From: an uncultured archaeon
GTDB lineage: Archaea; Asgardarchaeota; Lokiarchaeia; Sigyniarchaeales; SOKP01
DNA length: 64,000 nucleotides
Direction: 5' to 3'
Assembly: GCA_964486045.1 (NCBI GenBank)
Contig: CAZALK010000014.1
Coordinates: 64,001-128,000, forward strand
Below are positions 60,953-64,000 of this stretch, piece by piece; the stretch's first letter is position 1; each line of letters starts with the position of its first letter. The translations under genes and the position numbers were made by a program. The notes below the pieces were generated by a model. It was given only the letters and a program-made list of their open reading frames with translations. It did not search any database and was not told the origin of the DNA.

Positions 60953-62611
60953 GTGAAACTTATGTTTAATCGAGCATTTAAAAAATTCCTTGCTAAAAAA
61001 CCCTCAAAAGAAGAGCTATATCCATATCTTTACTCAATAGCTTTTAAAGAATTAGGGAACTCTAAGAAACAAATTAAAAATGAACCTATAAAGTGTAAAA
61101 CTTGTAGTGCAGTTTTTACTGACATTGATTTAATTAAAGAAGATGATCAAAATAGAGCTTATTATATATGTGAGTTCTGTGGAACTGATAATTCTGTTGA
61201 CAAGACAAAAATTAAGGAAAAACTTCCAAATGATATTGATTTTCTTTTAGCCGCTTTAGAGGTAAAGAAACTTGAAACAGAAGCAGAAATTACCAAGGTT
61301 GCTAAAACAGAAGGTGATTTATATCTCTCTGTTATTGATATCTCTGGAAGCATGAGTGGTGCTAAAATTGAAGCAGTGAAAAAATCGTTAATTCAAACTC
61401 TAAAAGATTTTAAAACTAATTCACCAACAACGAAATATATTCTGGTAGCGTTTGAAAGTTCAGTCTATTATTACCTTAGGCATGATAAAAGCCCACTTAA
61501 TTTTGGTGGGGACTTATTATTTACTTTGGACGGAATGAAATCTCAGTTTAAAAAATTAATCAAAAAAGAAAAATTCATTGGGTCTATTGGTGAATTTGCT
61601 GATGGGTGGGTAAAAAAAGTCGAAGAACTTAGGTCAATGGATATGACTGCACTTGGACCCGCTTTGTATTTTTCTATCATTTCCTACGAATTTTTCAATT
61701 CAACAGGAAGAATCACTCTTTTAACGGATGGTCTAGCCAATCAAGGGATTGGAAATTTATCTGGCACAAACCCCGGAGCAAACAAGTTTTATGAGGATAT
61801 GGCAGATTTATGTAATCAATATAAAATTATAGTTGATGTTGTAGGGGTGTCTGCATCAGGGGATAATAATGAAATGGGGCTCCAAGTTTTAGGAAAATTA
61901 ACAGACGCGACTGGGGGAACATTATATTTAATTTCAAGTGAAGAAATGGAGACAATATTCTCTGAACTTAGACAAATGAAGTATATAGGGAAGGATGTAA
62001 AAGTAAAAATCATTGTTCCACCGAGTATTGTTATTAAAAATATAACTGGAGCTTATAGCTCTAAAGGAGCGATAACAGGATCAGTAATAAATTTAGGGGC
62101 AATTACGGATAATAGAGAATTATTTCTTGAGCTAGAATCCACAAAAGAATTAGGAGAAGAAGAGGAAGTCCCTGTGCAGCTTCAAGTGGAATATTTAGAT
62201 AATGACGGAAATAAGAGGATGAGAGTTATTAACGATAGGGTACGGGTTACCAAAGATGAAGATGAATTTAAATCTAAGTATAACCAAACGTTTAATGTAA
62301 TGAAGAATATTCAGAGTGCTGGGGGAGGCTATTATTCTGGAAAAGCTGAAGAATCAAAAGAACAATTGACACACTTGAAAGCTGAAATGCTAAATGAGAT
62401 GAAATCATTAAAATCAAGAAACAGAGCTTTTGCTGAACAAGATTTTGCTGAAGGTTTATCTTATTTAGAGGATGAGTTAGAAGAAATTGAAATTGAAGAA
62501 AAAGAAGTAGCTCAAGCTCCAGCAAAAAGCTATTGGGCAGCTAAAGGTCAACAAAGGGCCAGAATATCTTCAGGTAAATTAAAGAAGCGGATGGAAAAGA
62601 AAAAAAAATGA
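60953..62611 (+). CDS. Sec23/Sec24-like protein (Zn finger, vWA trunk, beta-sandwich; no gelsolin domain)
   Basis: PIKCKTC...YICEFCGTDN, VIDISGSM, GRITLLTDGLANQGIG, LTDATGG, VQLQVEY..DGNKRMRV. Confidence 0.82.
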   Translation: MKLMFNRAFKKFLAKKPSKEELYPYLYSIAFKELGNSKKQIKNEPIKCKTCSAVFTDIDLIKEDDQNRAYYICEFCGTDNSVDKTKIKEKLPNDIDFLLAALEVKKLETEAEITKVAKTEGDLYLSVIDISGSMSGAKIEAVKKSLIQTLKDFKTNSPTTKYILVAFESSVYYYLRHDKSPLNFGGDLLFTLDGMKSQFKKLIKKEKFIGSIGEFADGWVKKVEELRSMDMTALGPALYFSIISYEFFNSTGRITLLTDGLANQGIGNLSGTNPGANKFYEDMADLCNQYKIIVDVVGVSASGDNNEMGLQVLGKLTDATGGTLYLISSEEMETIFSELRQMKYIGKDVKVKIIVPPSIVIKNITGAYSSKGAITGSVINLGAITDNRELFLELESTKELGEEEEVPVQLQVEYLDNDGNKRMRVINDRVRVTKDEDEFKSKYNQTFNVMKNIQSAGGGYYSGKAEESKEQLTHLKAEMLNEMKSLKSRNRAFAEQDFAEGLSYLEDELEEIEIEEKEVAQAPAKSYWAAKGQQRARISSGKLKKRMEKKKK

Positions 62612-62660
62612 GCATTTTTGTTTTTTTTCAAATTTTTAATACATACTAAAGCATTCTAGA

Positions 62661-63485
62661 TTAAGCCCGTTCAAAAACTGCTTGAATTAACACTGTTCGT
62701 CCTTCCTTTAAGTTACGGGTCCCATTTTTCCGTTTTTCACTGAAATTTGTATGGATTAATTCTATACTAATCGGTTTAGGTTTGGTGGATCGGTCTTTAG
62801 GGCTCCAATTCTCGATTACTTCAATAATTTTTTTTGTATTATCCGTCCATGAAAGTTCTCTAAATCCATTCTCACTAATTATTTGCCGGAGATCGTTAGG
62901 TAAAGAGAGGAAACTGATACTCGGATTATTTGCCCAAAATACAGGGAAATGTATATGCTCAACTGAACCCGCACAGATTGTATTTATTGCTAAACGACCT
63001 TTTGGGCGGAGAAGACGGTAAATTTCAGAGAATAAACGTTCTTTATTCTTGATGTTCATTGAAACATGTTGAATGAAGACAATATCGAAAATATTGCTGT
63101 TGAAAGGCATATCCAGCGCATCTCCTTGTCTAATTTCTATATTGTCAGTATAACCTAAACGTTCATTAATTAGATCGGCTGCACGACAAAATTCATTACA
63201 AATATCAATTCCGGTCACATTACATCCAAACTTAGAAACTAATGTGCGCGCAGGTCCCCCAATACCGCACCCAATATCAAGTACATTCATTTTCTCAGTG
63301 AGACCAACTTCTTGGGCAAGTTCTATTGTTGACGATCTTCCACGGAGATGAAGTTCTTCAAAAGAAGCAAGAGTTTCTTGAATTAATTTTGTAGTGTCAA
63401 TCCCTTTACTTTGTAGCACTGCCAGAATCTTAATACCAAGATCGTTTTGCCCATATTGATCATTTATAGCTTTTTCATATTCCAT
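62661..63485 (-). CDS. Class I SAM-dependent methyltransferase
   Basis: ELHLRGR, VLDIGCGIGGPARTL, GDALDMPF, LLRPKGR. ATG 63485 follows AGGAGGAG. Confidence 0.88.
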   Translation of the reverse strand: MEYEKAINDQYGQNDLGIKILAVLQSKGIDTTKLIQETLASFEELHLRGRSSTIELAQEVGLTEKMNVLDIGCGIGGPARTLVSKFGCNVTGIDICNEFCRAADLINERLGYTDNIEIRQGDALDMPFNSNIFDIVFIQHVSMNIKNKERLFSEIYRLLRPKGRLAINTICAGSVEHIHFPVFWANNPSISFLSLPNDLRQIISENGFRELSWTDNTKKIIEVIENWSPKDRSTKPKPISIELIHTNFSEKRKNGTRNLKEGRTVLIQAVFERA

Positions 63486-63692
63486 ATTGAACTCCTCCTT
63501 TAAGATTTTGTCCAGGTTTGGTCTCAATATAATCTATTGAAAAAAAAAAATCTTTCTTAAAGATCGTTATAGGTTTCATATTCGATATTAAAATTCATTA
63601 GTAATCTTTAAAAAATCTCTAACTTATCACAATTTTTTTATCCAATAATTAAGGAAAAATCTATGCTCTTATCAAATGGGAATTTAATAAAA

Positions 63693-64000
63693 TTATTTCA
63701 TGATATCAGTAATAATTGCCCTTCCCAAGAATTTTCCCTTACTTAATTCTTCAAACACCTGGTTAATATCTGAGAGATTTGCAACTCTACCTATGTGAGT
63801 TTTTACTTTTCCCTCTGCTGCTATTTTGATCAATTCTCTCATTTCTTGTACGTTCCCTGTTAACGATCCAATTATGTGTAAATCTCTCATTATTAGTTCA
63901 AATGGGGTGATTGACATCGATCCCTCACTAAAGGCTGGCAAACCACAACCAACAAGTACACCGCTTGGTCTGAGCAATTTTAACCCAAGCTCATAAGCGG
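63693..64000 (-). CDS. Zn-dependent alcohol dehydrogenase (MDR), C-terminal part; runs off the window
   Basis: LLRPSGVLV..GLP, IIGSLTGN, AAEGKVK, GRAII. Frame is open to the window edge. Confidence 0.85.
   Translation of the reverse strand, partial: AYELGLKLLRPSGVLVGCGLPAFSEGSMSITPFELIMRDLHIIGSLTGNVQEMRELIKIAAEGKVKTHIGRVANLSDINQVFEELSKGKFLGRAIITDIMK

Noticed and set aside
816-63021. Numerous short antisense or alternative-frame ORFs in the track (e.g. 9899-10330, 44526-45029, 52349-52666, 60456-60806)
   Set aside because: They lie within well-supported genes and have no motifs of their own.
1-64000. CRISPR arrays, tRNA/rRNA genes, IS elements or integrases
   Set aside because: No regularly spaced repeats, GC-rich cloverleaf or rRNA-like segments, or transposase/integrase ORFs were seen by eye.

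Overview
AT-rich archaeal chromosomal window, almost certainly Asgard (Lokiarchaeia-like). It combines archaeal core genes (pus10-eL21-rpo4-DUF655-rsmA-hemK cluster, eL33, RecJ/GAN, XPD, NurA, beta-CASP RNase), H4MPT C1 enzymes (ftr, mtd, mch), the glycine cleavage genes and purine salvage with many eukaryotic-signature proteins (Rag-like GTPase, three Rab-like GTPases, roadblock protein, ESCRT-III/Snf7, Sec23/24-like protein, presenilin-like protease). Things the ORF track misses or splits: (1) a peroxiredoxin-like selenoprotein (60295-60819, in-frame TGA in a UxxC motif) with a eukaryote-type SECIS right after its stop; (2) ribosomal protein eL21 and the XPD N-terminus, both apparently starting at ATA; (3) a 59-aa ORF; (4) several decaying genes (rhaA with two Trp-to-stop changes, a GTPase-zinc-finger fusion, a GRAM/PH-like gene, an MFS remnant). 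The best candidate for an undescribed system is a 670-aa protein (40154-42166). It joins a FYVE/B-box-like Zn cluster, a coiled coil, a GRAM/PH-like domain, a Q/N/P/Y-rich linker and an ESCRT-I-like helical hairpin, and lies two genes from an orphan Snf7. No rRNA, tRNA, CRISPR array or mobile element was seen. All assignments come from motif recognition by eye; no database searches were run.
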